Shown piece after piece: positions 1 through 13,361 of a stretch of DNA of 64,000 nucleotides. The notes beneath the pieces are model-generated. The model had not been told where the DNA came from. It saw nothing but the letters and a program-made list of their open reading frames with translations, and made no database searches. The stretch is from Podospora anserina (lineage: Eukaryota). The position numbers and the translations under genes were made by a program. Each line of letters begins with the position of its first letter. The stretch's first letter is position 1. The stretch covers positions 558,001 to 622,000 of the forward strand of contig CM030333.1 of NCBI GenBank assembly GCA_017654855.1, written 5' to 3'.

Positions 1-3000
1 AGGGATAGCTCCTGGAGGGTACAGCGACACCTCACCCCCCAGCCCCCAACTAAACGGAACCCAAGCATCATAACGGAGCGCGGCAATCTGACTGCAGTGC
101 CGGGGAAGCCCGTTATTGCGGCGTGACTCTCTCTCTAGTGTCGAGCTTCGCGGGTACCGGACGACAAGGTCACTCATCGCCGCCCTTGATTGAATTGGTG
201 TGTGCCATCTGCCGTCTTAGAGCTTGCTTCCAGAATTGGCAGATACATTAGGGCACAGGACACAGAACGAGACGCTGACGTCAAAAGCCACATAGGCCAC
301 TCCCGCCATGCCTGAGGTTCCATTTTCGCAAACAACACGCGAGCTGCTTGTGCTGTGCGTATTTGCTGATGCGTCTTTTTTCATGACGGCCAGCATGAAC
401 CAGTGCATCAGACTCGGTGTGTGTTGTATGGCGCGGTGTGGTGTTGGTGATGGTGGGTGGTAGTGAGGTACAGCGGGAGCCACTGCAGGAGACAAAGTAC
501 TGCAGCGTGATGCAAGCGCGCTCCAGCGATCGATAATCAGATCTTGGGACCTGCCGGAGCAATATTGCCTGCGTCGGGTCAACTCTACTGCTGCAGGCAT
601 CAATGTGCCACGACAGCAGCATTGACCGAGTACATACATACTCCAACAACTTCCAGCGTGGTTTTTTGTTCGGTAAACTATGCAAGCAATATCGACGACT
701 GATCATCAAAGGTCCCGGATCTAGGTGGGCCGCTGCGCATTCCGGCTTTTCCAAGCAACTCAGGAAGCAGATGTCGCAGTTGACGCCGCGTTCAGCTCGA
801 GGTCCTCTCGACTGTTCAAACACGCAACGCCGAGTTGCAATAGCAACCGAGACAAGTTCCGTCCATCATTCGACTTGTGGAGCAAGCTGGGCATCCTCGC
901 AGCAGGGACGGCGATATCAGCCATCCTGTTCTTGGCAGGCCAGTTCGACGATGACCTTGCCGGGAGAGTCCAAGGCACACCCGCGGAGCCGTTCCCGGCC
1001 GTGAGTTAGGCGGCGGTCCTTCTGCTCCTTCAAAGCGGTCCCTCCCGTCGGCAAGTAAGGTAAGGAATCAACCATCATCATGCGCTGGGCCTTGACCTGG
1101 GAAGTCGGTCCGCCACATACTCCCACATCAGCAGTCTATTTGCTGAACCGCACCGAGAGCCGCAGAGCATTGTGGGTGCGGCGTAGATCTGAATCCTGTA
1201 TGTCGATGGGGCGTGCAGTGTACAAGCCTCAGCGGGGGTTTCGGGGGTGGTATGGCTGACCAGGCACCACGCCTTCGAAACTCGTAACGAGGAAACCAGT
1301 AAGGCGTCTCCAAAGATAGTTCGAGTTCATTGTGTAGCAGTGGGGGAAGTTGCTGTATTCTCCGATCCCATGCTGGAGTACTAAGTTAAGGTAGTTGACT
1401 TTGAGGTCCGAGAATCAGATGGTGTGTTGTACGAACAACGGACCCGGGGTTGTCTCCCGGGTATCTGGGTGGGTCAGTATAGACAAGGATGCTGACGACT
1501 TCACTAGTGATTTCTCTACTACTGACGAGAGATCATCACCAGCATATGATATCAGAGCGAACAGCCCAATCCATCCGCAACGAAGCGAGTTGAAACGGTC
1601 GTGCCAAGAAGAGATCGTAGAAACGGGACAGGGACCAGGGACGGGAGCATCTGATTGGCGTGCGGGAACCTGTGCTCACCGCCAAGGCTGTCAATGTTTC
1701 TTGAAACAAACCGCCGCTGCCATGGCGGCCTCTGTTTCCTGGCGCCGGTCCGGATCACGGAGTCGGGGGGCTTGACCGTGGGGCCGGGAGGATGCCGCTC
1801 AACTCGGCCATTGGGCGTGGTACGGAATGTCGACCGGAACCCTGACGGTCTTCTGTTCTGCTATGGCTAAATCTGCAGTCATCCTGTGTGGGTGCTCCCT
1901 CCCCTAGTTCGGCTACAGAATGGCATGACCGACATCGATACCAAAGATACTGGATTTAGCAGTTGGATCTCATCAGCACCCGAGTTTTAGGGCTATTGTT
2001 GATATCATCTTGTCACAGCGGGCGCTTCAGCCGTACCTCGCCCAATGGTGGCCAATGCGATGCTGCAGATGGTGGCTGCCCTCCCTGACCGTCACCCTGG
2101 GACTGGAACCCTGGTTCGATCTTGCGATCGGTGGGGGATGTGCCCCTCTACCTCCACCAGTCGGCCTTTTACCACAGCTCTACCATCTACCATGTGTGTA
2201 CTATATTACCAAATGTCGAAAAGGCGGCTGGGGACGGTGAGGACGGACAGCATACTATTGCCTGACACTTTGGTGGTTAGTTTGGTTAGTTTGATTTCAA
2301 GGATCGGCCGCTCCTGTCAGCGCTGGAGTCCTGCGTGCGCAGAGAGTATTTCCTAGTGGTCGCCTGCCTACCATCTGGGCAATCACCTGAGGTTGTAACG
2401 CGGAAGAGCATCAGAACATCAATGTCCTCCACCCAAACCAGGGGTTATCGGCCATGGAGACGGCAATGATGACTCGGCTGCCTCGGGACGACGACGGTAT
2501 GCGTAGAGAGTACTCCTTTCAATGACGACATCAAGACAGCACTCACCGAAAGGGCCGCCCAAACGAGGTCCCATAATCCCTTCGGTCCCCTTCCCGTTGC
2601 TGGTTGCTACTGTATGTGGCTCGTATCCACCGCAAGAACTTCAAACTCATCGCCAACACCTGTGTGCGTTGTGTCAGCGTGCTTTCGAGTTTCAATTCAA
2701 CCTTGCGATATGCCTGACCCCACTGCGCGGCACGATCTTTTCGGGAACCCTAATCATCCTTTGCCGGCGCCGGGCCCATGGTGATGATGGCACGATGGAG
2801 CCCTAGTGGTCTTTGGATGCCGACCGGGGAGCTCTGGGACGCGGCATGCGGGGACAAACGGAGTTTTGACCGAGGGGGCTCGGGAGCGGGCCAACCAGGC
2901 TGGCTTGACGAGCCCGCAGTGCTGCATGTCTTGCGGCCTTTCGTCTTGGGGTCCAATCAGGAATCGGCTCGATAGGACGGTCGCAACACAGCCTCGCGAT

Positions 3001-3686
3001 GGCTGACGGCTGCAGCTATTCGCTGTCGTCGTTGACTCGGTCGCTCAACAAATGGAGCATCAGTGACGTCGAAAGTGGAAACGGAATCGCCGGCAGGAAT
3101 TAGGAGACGGAAGATGTAAATGTTCGCAATAGCCTCTTCTTGCTGTGTTTCATCATTGGCAGTCTCCCCCACTAAACTTTAGTTGCTGCCAGTAAGTGCA
3201 TTTACAATTGCTTGCTTGGTCGGCTAGCACCCAATCAGGCATCAAAATCAGGCAGCAGTCCTTGGGGGTGCTGTTGATGCTGACCATGTGAAAGAGCCAA
3301 CCTCCCAAGAAGCTCGACGGAAACAAGGAAGGTGCAAAGCTGCAATCTATCTTACCCCACCACAGCAAACGTTCATCGGTTATGTTGTCGACGCCGTTGA
3401 GATGAGATGCGAGATTCTGGGCTCATTTCCAGCCCCCATCCATGATATCGCCGAACACTTTTATATCTCTTCTGCCAACACGAGCCTCTGTGAGTAATTT
3501 CTGAGTGGCTGTGAGCCATGACCATGATTCGGTCCAAGGGATATACGTGGTAACTGACCGAAAAACATAGGTCTGCCTCCCGTTAAGTGCCACAGTGTAT
3601 ACAGGAAAGTGTGGCTTCAAAACGACTAGAAACAGTCAAATGAGCGTCAGATTAAGCTTCATCCGCACTCATAGATGCCCGTCTTA

Positions 3687-4316
3687 TGTCGCACAAACTC
3701 TACAAGCCACCATCAGGACCCCCTCTCGGGTTGCTGTTCGGTCTGCCTTCTGCCGTACAAGGAGGTTCCCAACATCAGCTTCTCGATATTCATCTCTCCT
3801 GCGCTTACAGGAACCCATCGCCGTGTGGTATACTGTCGCCCAGTCTTGAGGGCTCATGCCACACAGTGCCGGAATCCGGACGGTTTCAGATTTGGGCGCA
3901 GAGAGACTGTGGCGATTACTACCCCAGATTCTTTAAAATGCCTTGAGATGCGGCACAGAGTCTTTTCACATTGTGTCGGGCCTTTCGAGTTGGCTTTGAA
4001 CCCAACTGTCATGCCTAGTTCAAGGGGCAAAGCTGCCTTTTGGCCCCCAACCCGCCCCCACGTTCCCAGCAAACTCGGTAAACTCACGTTTCACCTTGAA
4101 AATCCACAGAGAGGTCCTTTTGTCGCGGTACAATACGAAAAGACACTCGGCAGCGAGTATCGCTCCTGTGCCTTTCTGGGTTGATGGCCACCATGGATAC
4201 CCATCGAACTGTGTGTGGTTGCTGACATCGAAGTCGGTGTCGAGCATACCATATCCGATGAAGCTGTCCGGTCTGACTTCGAGATCACCTCTTGTATGCA
4301 GGAGACTGGACCCCAC
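3687..4316 (-). pseudogene. Possible decayed coding relic of unknown family
   Basis: The frame of ORF 4020-4316 continues as protein-like sequence through three nonsense codons (TGA, TGA, TAA) to ...LMVACRVCAT*. No family recognised. Confidence 0.3.
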
Positions 4317-4989
4317 AGGCTTTCTTAGCCAACCGTCGGCTCTCTTTCAATAGGGGGTAAATTGTGACCACCTGGGGAGCCTTTTCTGACCCCCTGACGT
4401 CTTCCGTCCTGCCCTCGCGGTGTCATGGGACACCACCTCTTTCTCAAGTGAGATGGATGCGTGATATTACATGCAAAGACGATGTGAATAGCAGCAAAAT
4501 AACCGGTACGAGGAATGTCTCTGGCACCGAACAGTTTTGGTTTGCCCTCAGGTCCAACTGGATGGTCACACACAGGGCCATAGCAAGGCACATATTCAGA
4601 CTCCCGATTGCACTGCCCAAGCCAGACTCGCATGAGTCGGCATGGAGAGATGGGCATTAGCGAAACAGTCAGCATCTTGCACGGGACGGGACGAGACGAA
4701 ACGGAACGGTTGCGATCCTGAGGAATCCTCCGCAAAGGCGTCGTCCACCCCCGACCGTGCGTCTTGTTTGCGCGATCCTTAGACTCCGTCCTCTGTCTCA
4801 TGATGAGGATCATAAGAGTCACTCGCCTTAGGCAAACACATCCCAAGTCTAGCTGACCCTACCCAGCTGAAGAGCCGGAATCCTGCTTGGTCCACCGTGT
4901 CCACTTCGTCAGGCTCGTGACGTCTCATCAACCACATGGCAGCCTACTTGGTAGAGTTTTCTTTGGGACTCTTAGATTAGCTGGTTGTT

Positions 4990-5499
4990 GGAGCTGGGCC
5001 AACCACAATCAAGGACCACATATCGACCAGAAGCAGCGCCGTAATACAACGGTGATTGCGTGACGACTCTCTCCGGGTCCTTCCCCGGCGCAGTCCGAGA
5101 AATTGTGCCTGTGAGATTCCCGAGAAACCGGGCACAGTTTCAGAAGCAGTATACAGATCGCCGAATATCGCCAGCAACGACGGAGAAAACGGAGATGAGT
5201 CAACGACAGACAAATGAAGGTAGGTACAAGAACCCGATGTATCTTTTGCTTCACACCTCTATCCAATACTCTCACACCACCTCACACCACACATGCTCAA
5301 CAGCAAGAACTGGGATATCTTCACCGGGTTATGCTACCTGTCTTATACTAGGCGCCTCGAGGTTTGGGTAGCACCACTGACTCAGCCCAACGAGGACTCC
5401 TGGTTAATCAAGCTCGAGGCTGGACAGGTATCCACCTTCTGGCAGGTCGACGACAGTCCAACAATTGTCGAGGCATATTCAATCTTGAGTTCGTGTTGA
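4990..5499 (+). pseudogene. Possible decayed two-exon coding relic
   Basis: Protein-like frame with internal TGA codons, joined through an intron-like GTAGGT...CAACAG segment (~5220-5301) to KNWDIFTGLCYLSYTRRLEVWVAP... No family recognised. Confidence 0.25.
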
Positions 5500-7049
5500 A
5501 CTCGGTGAGATCAGGTCTGTCCAGTCAATATACACCGTCACGATGTTTCACCCTCCTCTATCGCCAGACTGCCGGAGAGCCTCCCATCGTTGCGGCTCTC
5601 TCGGCATTTCTACTCTCGGCCAACTCGGAAATCAATCGCAAGCCTGTGAATGAGAACAAATTCTTACCCTGTAGACCCCCCTTTCCCGTCCCAAACTGTG
5701 TATATAAACAAGTCCTGGACAGAATTGCTATCCTTCAAGACCTATAGGCCATCTTTCCAGGCCTATCAACTGTCTCTTCAAAGGTATGGTTCAGTATTTT
5801 TGCAGCGTCAGTTATTCTGTCCACGACATACGTGATACCTTTGATCATCCCGTAATGCAAAACCCCCCAAACATCAATAATCAACCTCCCAGAATATCTC
5901 CCTGCTTTGCCTACCTACAGACACCACATCCGCACATGCCTCATTTTTACATGATACAATGTTGTGATTCCTCATACCCACACTCACAAACATCAACCGA
6001 CGTTCAGAATGAGAAAATAAGCGCGCGCGGCCAAAAAGAGGTATCGGATACCTCGCAATCAATTACCCAGGCCAACAGATCGTCGGCCTGGCTTTTTTTT
6101 CATGTACATCATGAACAGTGCATAAACCGAGGCACAACATATTTGAAATCATGATATCAGTATTTTCGAAATCATCAAGGCTGCTCTCGGGCTGGTGTGC
6201 AAGTGTAAAATCGTGGTGAATCTCGGTTACAGAAGAAACTAACCTATCATACGCCTTTAAATAAAATGAAGCCCCGTCAACAGGCAACTCTCGTAACGAC
6301 CACCACGGGGAGGGTATTCATCTCCATCGTTGTAGCCCGCCCCCCTTCCCCCCCCCCCCTTAAAGTGAGTACCATGTTTGCCATATCCTTATTCCAGCCA
6401 ACAGCTTCCACTTGGCGTGTTGTGTTTATGATCTCGATCGTTATTATGGGTGTACGTACAACTTCACAATAAATCCACAGCAAAGCTACCCACCGAAACA
6501 GTTGTATATTGCTCGGGTAAGTAAATTCTTTGACTGAAACGCCGAGGAGGTGGGCCTTTTGGTGTAGGTAACTACCTGCGGATGGTGTCTTTCTTCGTCT
6601 TCGTATGAGATACTTGCTAAAGAAGCCGATTGTACCTTAACAAGTCTTGATGTAATGGAAATATATTACCGCGTTGCTTATCACCTCTTTCAAAAAACAA
6701 AACGGATATGTACAAGACCCAAAAGACAAACACACACTGCAGGCCCTTAACCTCGTCAATATCTAATGCACTCTGTTAGTTTTATATACTATACAATACC
6801 TCCCCCGTCATATACTCGAATAATGATTCTCTACCCCATCATGCACCTTCGTGATGTTATGTTCTATGTCAAGAGTAGTGGTATAATACACGTCCATCAG
6901 TCGGCTAGAATACAATAAAACTCGCCCTTTCTAGGCCTGGCCAACCAAAATCGTCTTCTCTCATCTATGATTTCATCCTCCCTCTCAAAATTGCCCTCCG
7001 CTTCGCCCTTGCCCTCCTCGCGGCGAGTGGCCTTTGACCCTCTATAATC

Positions 7050-9647
7050 TCACGTTCCTCCCGGGTGTATCTCTTTGGATTGCCCTGACCGCAGCTCCTT
7101 CCTCCGTCTCTCCCTTTCCCCCCGTGCCGCCAGCGGTTTCGGTTGCTGGATCTTAGGCTCATCTTTCTGCACGTGAATTGCACCGCGACCTGGAACCCCA
7201 GGCTTTTTCCCCCGGCGCACGGCCAGCAGCTCACTCGCCTCAAAAACAAACCACCTATTTTTCCGCGCCGCCTTGAGCAGGGCCTCATCCTTGGCTGTAG
7301 CCCGCTTGATCATCTCACAAAGTGAAAATCTCGGCCTGAGAGAGAGATGTGCCGTTTTTGACCAGTCCCAGAAAGAGCGGATATCGTTGGTGGGTGCCGC
7401 TGATGCCCGATGTTTCCAATAATCATGACGGCGAAAGTCAGATAGCAACAGCCGTTTGTAGATGTCGGGCTTTGACAGGCAGACCTTTGCCGTCTCTTTG
7501 TTCAGCCACTGCTTCCACCGTTCCACTCTGGAAACTCCCCTCTTGATCAACGACTTTTCCAGAACTAAAATCTTGGCCAAATGTCGTTTGCTTCGAACGA
7601 AACGACCTGCCTGTACCCACTTTTCAGGCAAAGTAGAGAATCCCAGGTACTCTGTGAAATCAGGCGAGGTCGCCTTCAGGAGCGTCGCGACGCGGGATCT
7701 CATCAGATGTGAGTCAAACCCGGCGAGGACGGCATGACGGAATATGTAGGTAGTCAGGTGGAGGCGCCTAGATGTCCAGGCCATCGAGAAGAGCAGTCGG
7801 TATGTGATCTCGTCTGGCTGTGCTAGGCTGTGCTTGGAAAAGAATTCCAAGGTTGACATCGCCAAGCCGAGTTTCCGCTGGTCCCGGCAATGGGAGAGTA
7901 TTGTATTCAACGTAATTATATCCGGCCTTTCTCCAGCAGCAATCATAGCCTCAAGAACCTGGAAGAGGCTGTTGAGCTGCCCTGAGGTGCCGTATTTGTG
8001 AATCAAGATATTCCCGATCCAGACCGTCAGGCGCCAATCGGGACCATAAAGCTCGCGCTGGCTCTGAAGAAAAGACTGAAAATCTTGCTTCAGTTCAAGA
8101 GCCCGGTGCAGGTCGAGGCCAGCCATCTCTGCGTATATCCGGCGCATGCATTCTGGGTCCGTAAGATAACCCTTCGTGTTCATCGCCCGCAGAATGTAGC
8201 GCCTAACGTCTTCAGCCTTGATTATTCGCAAGAAAAGAAACCAAGTTTTGAAGTTTGGCGCATGCCCTTCTCGAACCATCGCACCGAGCGTCCGCTGGAA
8301 GGCTCGGAGGTGCTTGGACTTGACTGCGAATTGGGCAACCCAGTTGAAAACATCGGCATCGAGTTTAAGACCTAAAGACTTCACGCGGCGTACCAGCCCG
8401 CCTGGCACATGGGTGAAGCGGGATCCATGAGGTGATTGGGCGAGATATCGAAGAGCGTCTTTGAGGGCGGGAAGCGAAACTGCATCAACGCACTCCTCAT
8501 CATAAAAAGCGCGCTGCAGCTGGCGGACAACGACATCCACATGTGTGGCCTGTTCATCACCCTCATTCCCGTATAAGAAGCGGTGCTCACCAGGCGTCAG
8601 TTGGCCACCCACGAGTCGGCGAACGTAACGCAGGAAAGAAGCCTTGGTCCAAATCTCGCCAGGTTCCAAGGGTGGAATCTGATCTGCCCTAACCGCGAGG
8701 CGATATGGCTCTGGGTGAATTTCATGAAACCTCGCTAGTTCACGGGGACGCGAGACGGGCTTCCTGAACTGCATCTCCGTTGTGCTGTCTTTTCTCTGCT
8801 TCGAATCTTTGGCTTTGGGGCCCGCGATTCGCAAAGACAACTCCTCCACCGTCTTCGGTGAAAGCTGCAGCAGGTCTTCCCAATTATCCTCGGTTCGAGT
8901 TCCAACGAGAATGCCACCCTTCACTGCGCGAACAACCCCGTTATAGGCCGCTGTGACGTTATCAAGCCCACCAAAGATCAGGATAAACTTTTCCTGTGTA
9001 GCACTCCATTCCAACCCTTTTAGCCCACTCTCCCACACGGATGGTACCGGCCCCGTTCGTTTCCTATTTGTCGTAGTGTATAACCTCATCCGACATCCTG
9101 TTCGCGAACAAATATCCCAAAAGTTGTCATGAAAGTCGTCTTCCAAGCGCTTGAAGCCGTCATCTGGAAGTCGTACCTTGACCACAAGAATGTCGTGATC
9201 AAGAATAGGAGTCTGCTTCAACAGAGTCTCGAGAATGAGACGCCAGTCTGATACCCGCTTGTGACGCTCGTCGATATGTTGTGCTGCTTTGAGAGCGGCG
9301 CGGTGCTTCGAGGCTTGTTTCTGTCGAGATCCCCAGCTTGGGTTGGTGCCTAGATAGTCGACAGTAACGGGAATCGCCCCGTGAGGTTGATATGGCAGAA
9401 TCTCCAACCGGCTCACCAAGTTCTGTGCATTCTTAGTGGCGGCGGCCTTGGCGGAGGCATGAGCACTCGGGCGTGCATTGTTTGCTGGCTTCGGGGTGGT
9501 TTTGGCAAGGTTCGAGCGGCCGGCGTGGAAGAAGGCTCTCTGGTATCCGGAAAATGGGACAATCGCAGTCGAGGAGGACCAGTAGAACCGGGGAATCCGT
9601 GAGCGTTGCGACCAGGCCCTCCAAGGTTGCGTGACTCCCAGGCTCAT
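7050..9647 (-). CDS. Pentatricopeptide-repeat (PPR) protein, probably mitochondrial, 865 aa
   Basis: Single long ORF. PPR-like motifs (LDADVFNWVAQ, PNFKTWFLFLR, PDIITLNTILSHC, PDEITYRLLFSMA) and an Arg/Ser-rich, acid-poor N-terminus resembling a presequence. Confidence 0.8.
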   Translation of the reverse strand: MSLGVTQPWRAWSQRSRIPRFYWSSSTAIVPFSGYQRAFFHAGRSNLAKTTPKPANNARPSAHASAKAAATKNAQNLVSRLEILPYQPHGAIPVTVDYLGTNPSWGSRQKQASKHRAALKAAQHIDERHKRVSDWRLILETLLKQTPILDHDILVVKVRLPDDGFKRLEDDFHDNFWDICSRTGCRMRLYTTTNRKRTGPVPSVWESGLKGLEWSATQEKFILIFGGLDNVTAAYNGVVRAVKGGILVGTRTEDNWEDLLQLSPKTVEELSLRIAGPKAKDSKQRKDSTTEMQFRKPVSRPRELARFHEIHPEPYRLAVRADQIPPLEPGEIWTKASFLRYVRRLVGGQLTPGEHRFLYGNEGDEQATHVDVVVRQLQRAFYDEECVDAVSLPALKDALRYLAQSPHGSRFTHVPGGLVRRVKSLGLKLDADVFNWVAQFAVKSKHLRAFQRTLGAMVREGHAPNFKTWFLFLRIIKAEDVRRYILRAMNTKGYLTDPECMRRIYAEMAGLDLHRALELKQDFQSFLQSQRELYGPDWRLTVWIGNILIHKYGTSGQLNSLFQVLEAMIAAGERPDIITLNTILSHCRDQRKLGLAMSTLEFFSKHSLAQPDEITYRLLFSMAWTSRRLHLTTYIFRHAVLAGFDSHLMRSRVATLLKATSPDFTEYLGFSTLPEKWVQAGRFVRSKRHLAKILVLEKSLIKRGVSRVERWKQWLNKETAKVCLSKPDIYKRLLLSDFRRHDYWKHRASAAPTNDIRSFWDWSKTAHLSLRPRFSLCEMIKRATAKDEALLKAARKNRWFVFEASELLAVRRGKKPGVPGRGAIHVQKDEPKIQQPKPLAARGERERRRKELRSGQSKEIHPGGT

Positions 9648-10045
9648 TTGCTATGGATGTGGCATGTCGAATGGCGGAAGCATTCGGCCGGCCGGGGGTT
9701 CAATATCCGGGCCTTCCGATCTCTGTAAATGCCGCAGTCGCCGGCGTCGTCGCAGTCGCAATCGTCGTCGTCGTGGTGCCGTGGTTGCTGCTGTCTCAGC
9801 AAGCTGGAGCTTGTCACTCTTGTCAAAAAAATTCAAGAGCAACAATCCAGTCCCGCCCGCAGCCACACCGGCTGCCCCACTTCAACACAGTGACAAATAA
9901 GTTGCAAGGACACTGTGCTAGCATAATCGCTCTCTTTCAACAGAAAAAGGGGGTATTTTCATTATCAATGTTGAACTCCAGTTCTCCCATGCCGGTATTG
10001 CTATTCCCAAACGATATTACCCACGCCCATGAAACCATCATGACC

Positions 10046-11447
10046 TCAATTTTTGGTCTCGCCGTTTGGAGGAGCTGGCTCTGAAGGGCCGGATTTATCA
10101 ACGCCTTGCCACGACGGATCCCACCCCTTTCGATGATCCACTGCTCCTGTCGAATCGCCCTCCTCAGCCATTCCCTTGACGTCGCTCCAGTACTCAAGCT
10201 TTCTTACCTCCTCATCTGCATGCTTGACTGCGTCGGCGAGATTCCTCGCCCGCCGTTGTAATTCTCCATCTGCGTCCTTGCCTTTCTTGCTTTGTGCCAC
10301 CGTTTGATCATGGATCTCGGTCAATCTCGTCAGCAAGACCCTCCTCGAGGCCTGAAATACAAAGAGTGACATGATCTCATGCATCACCTTCTGTAGCCCT
10401 GCCAGGTCTTCCTGTGCATGTTCAAGGTAGTTGTCCACTGCCTCGATCTTTTCCCGGTCGATTCGGGATGTCCGCAGTACGGCCAGAAGATCGCCAACAT
10501 GCTCGATGTCGTCTGGTTGTTCGACACCACCTGATTTCGTTGAGCTCATGCTAAGTCTGCTGCCTCGGAGGCTGGCAGTCCGTTTACTCATCCTGCTCAA
10601 GCTGCGTTCGCGTTCGCGTTCGCGTTCACGACTCATTTCTGACGACGGTCGAACGGAAAAGTACTCGGGATTGAGCATTTGGGGGTCCTGTGCAATGTAC
10701 CCGGAATCTTTTCTGACCCGTTTCCTGATCCATGCTCGACGACGAACAAACGAGTTCCACCATCTCGCCTTGTGCCATGAAAACTTCTTAGAAAATGCAA
10801 ACGAATACTCCCAGCCCTCATCGTCGACATTGTCGTCCTTGTTGATTTTCCACTCCGGCCAAGCCCACTCCCAGCTAGGATCGGGCACCTGAGCTGTGTG
10901 TATATCTGTCGGGCTGGGCTTGTGGGCGTAGTTCGTCCATGCTGTTGGGTCCAAGTTGCCCAGGGCTTTGGAGGAGAAAAGAGGTATCCCGCAGAGGAAG
11001 CCGCCTCTTTGGTTCTCGTAGAGAATCTCGATTGCCGACTCAGGCGCCTTTTTCTTGCTCACACTCTTCCTCCTTGCTGTCCCAGCGTTGACAGCGTCGA
11101 CGACGTCTTCTCGTAATGGTGTAGGCTCTACAAGCTGTCAGTGTTGCTCTGCAGAAAAGATATGACAACGTGGGCGTACCATTGATGTGGATGGACGGGC
11201 GCGGGCGTTCCTCCTCGTCTGCTACACCTACTCGCGCATTGCTGGCATCACCATTCTCACGATCAGATACCCCTAGTGCTGACTCCCGTGTTGAGTCCTG
11301 CAATGACGAAGACGGCCCCGCAGTAGGAGGCCCGATGGAGTCGTCCTCGGCCTCGGACTTGTCAACGAGGTTGATCTCGTGGTCGAAGTCGCTATCTTTG
11401 GGCGGGGGCACGCGACGCGACGAGCGGTGATGTTTTATTCTCGGCAT
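10046..11447 (-). CDS. Dysferlin/peroxin-ferlin-domain protein (Mug65/Spo73-like), ~449 aa
   Basis: Two exons; intron 11128-11179 (GTACGC...CTGAC...TAG). Motifs LYENQRG, PDPSWEWAWPEW, DDEGWEYSF and FVRRRAWIRKR are typical of DysF domains. Confidence 0.75.
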
Positions 11448-12504
11448 GACTACCCCTCTACCAAAAGCATGACGTACCGCCGCCTTCTTTCAGATCCCTA
11501 TGTCCGCAAAAATACATTGACAAAACGAAGAACACGGGGCCGACGGCTATAGCTGGGGCGCTTTGTTGGGGTTCGTGGAGATGTTTGATGCAATGCGCTG
11601 GTGCCTTGGACAGAAGTTTGTGTTGGAGCTGGCGCGTACGTGTAGAGATCGATGAATCGACAGGGGTGTCCTCCTCAGGAAAAGGCCCCACGCAGGTGCA
11701 ATTCAAGACTAAGGCATGCGATTGAGACAATGGGCATAATTAGGGGTCCCTGATGGAAACCAAACTGGAGAATTGAAGTGTGCTTGTCGAGAGAAGCGTG
11801 TGAAGCTGAACTGGAAGCTTCGCCTGCGCCATGATGTAATGTCGTTGGGTTAGCGGTGGTGCCCTGGCCAGTTTGATGCCAAGCTCCCCAGGCTGGCTCG
11901 TGCTTTTGCATCTTTATAGTGGGCTGAAGAACACTGTCTGAGAGAGTAACTGATGTATAGCTGATGGCTACAAAACATGAAATAACCCCAAAATCTGACG
12001 ATGTATCAAAGGATTCAACAAGCACTGTAGAGCTGTCTACTAAAATGATATCCGCAGTGTCAACAAAGACTCTTTCCATGTCTGAAATCTGAATCTCGAA
12101 TACAGTGGACCCCATCCCCAAAGCGGGGCAGCGGCAGTGGTCGTGGCCCCACCGCAACGGACCTCTCGACCGCGAACTGCCCCTCGCCTACGTCATGCAT
12201 GACCCGTGAATGAAGAGCTCTCTCCAACAAGTCCCAGTTTGGTACCAGACAAAAGAGCAGAAAAACGTGCCATGAGGTGTAACCGGGAACGAATAGGGAG
12301 GTAGCAAACCAAGTAACAACTGGTGCTTGCTTCCCCCAAATGCATTGAAATACCACAACCACCCATCTTCTTTGACCTCCAACTTCCATTCATCAATCAG
12401 ATTTCACACAAGACACAGCTCCCATCCCATCAAAAGCAACAACGCTCGACAGCTTCCACTTCACCAACAAAACCACATAAACTTTACAAACAACCACAAT
12501 CAAA

Positions 12505-13045
12505 ATGTCCAAGTCTCGCGCCCCCCTCGCCCTCGGTGCCCTCGCCGCCTCAGGCATTGGTTACTACCTCTACAGCGCCGGCGGCAACCCCAGAGCAGCC
12601 GAGAAGCAGTTTGAGAGTACGTCCAACCATCACTTCACCACCCACCCCATCATCTACCCCTGATACTAACTTCCCCCTCAGGCGACGCCCACCGCGCCGC
12701 CGCCAAAATCGAATCCAAGATTCCCACCAACTACCCAACCCACACAACCCACAAGGCCGAGAAAGAAGGCACCCGCCTCGGCCACGAGGTCGGCACCAAG
12801 ATTGACTCTGCTGTATGTTTTACTCCCTCGTTCTCGCCCCTTTTTTCTTTCAAATCAAAAACACTAACAATCCAAAGGTAACCACCGTCAACCGCGACCT
12901 CAGCCAAGCCAAGCACGAAGCCGAGGCCATCGCCAAACAAGCCAAGGCCGATACCCTCAAGAAGATTGACGAGTTTGACCGTACGGTCGAGGAGAAGGCC
13001 GCCAAGAGCAAGAGCTACCTTAGCTCGTGGTTCGGGAGCAAGTAA
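12505..13045 (+). CDS. Small fungal protein with N-terminal hydrophobic anchor and LEA-like helical tail, 136 aa
   Basis: Three exons; introns 12617-12681 and 12813-12877 with CTAAC branch sites. CAAAATG start context. MSKSRAPLALGALAASGIGYYLY...SYLSSWFGSK*. Confidence 0.75.
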
Positions 13046-13361
13046 AGCTCAACCTATCAACTACTTAATAATGAAAGGAGGAGGTGGGAGGTGTATGATA
13101 ATGGAAGGGAGGGCGAACGGAACTGGTTTCTTTGTTTATCATCATGACATGAAGGTCGCGCCAGCGATATCTATACAACCACAACAGTCATGTTTGTGGG
13201 TTTTGATAACTGGGTGTTTTCAGGTTTTCGGGGTTTTCTAGTTTTGTTTGAATTTGATCTCAAGTTGATCGATCAATTGATATCATTATCCTATCCATAC
13301 GTGCCATAATCCCGTCCCATGTCCCCAAACCAATTCAACATTACAACACTCCTCCAGGACC

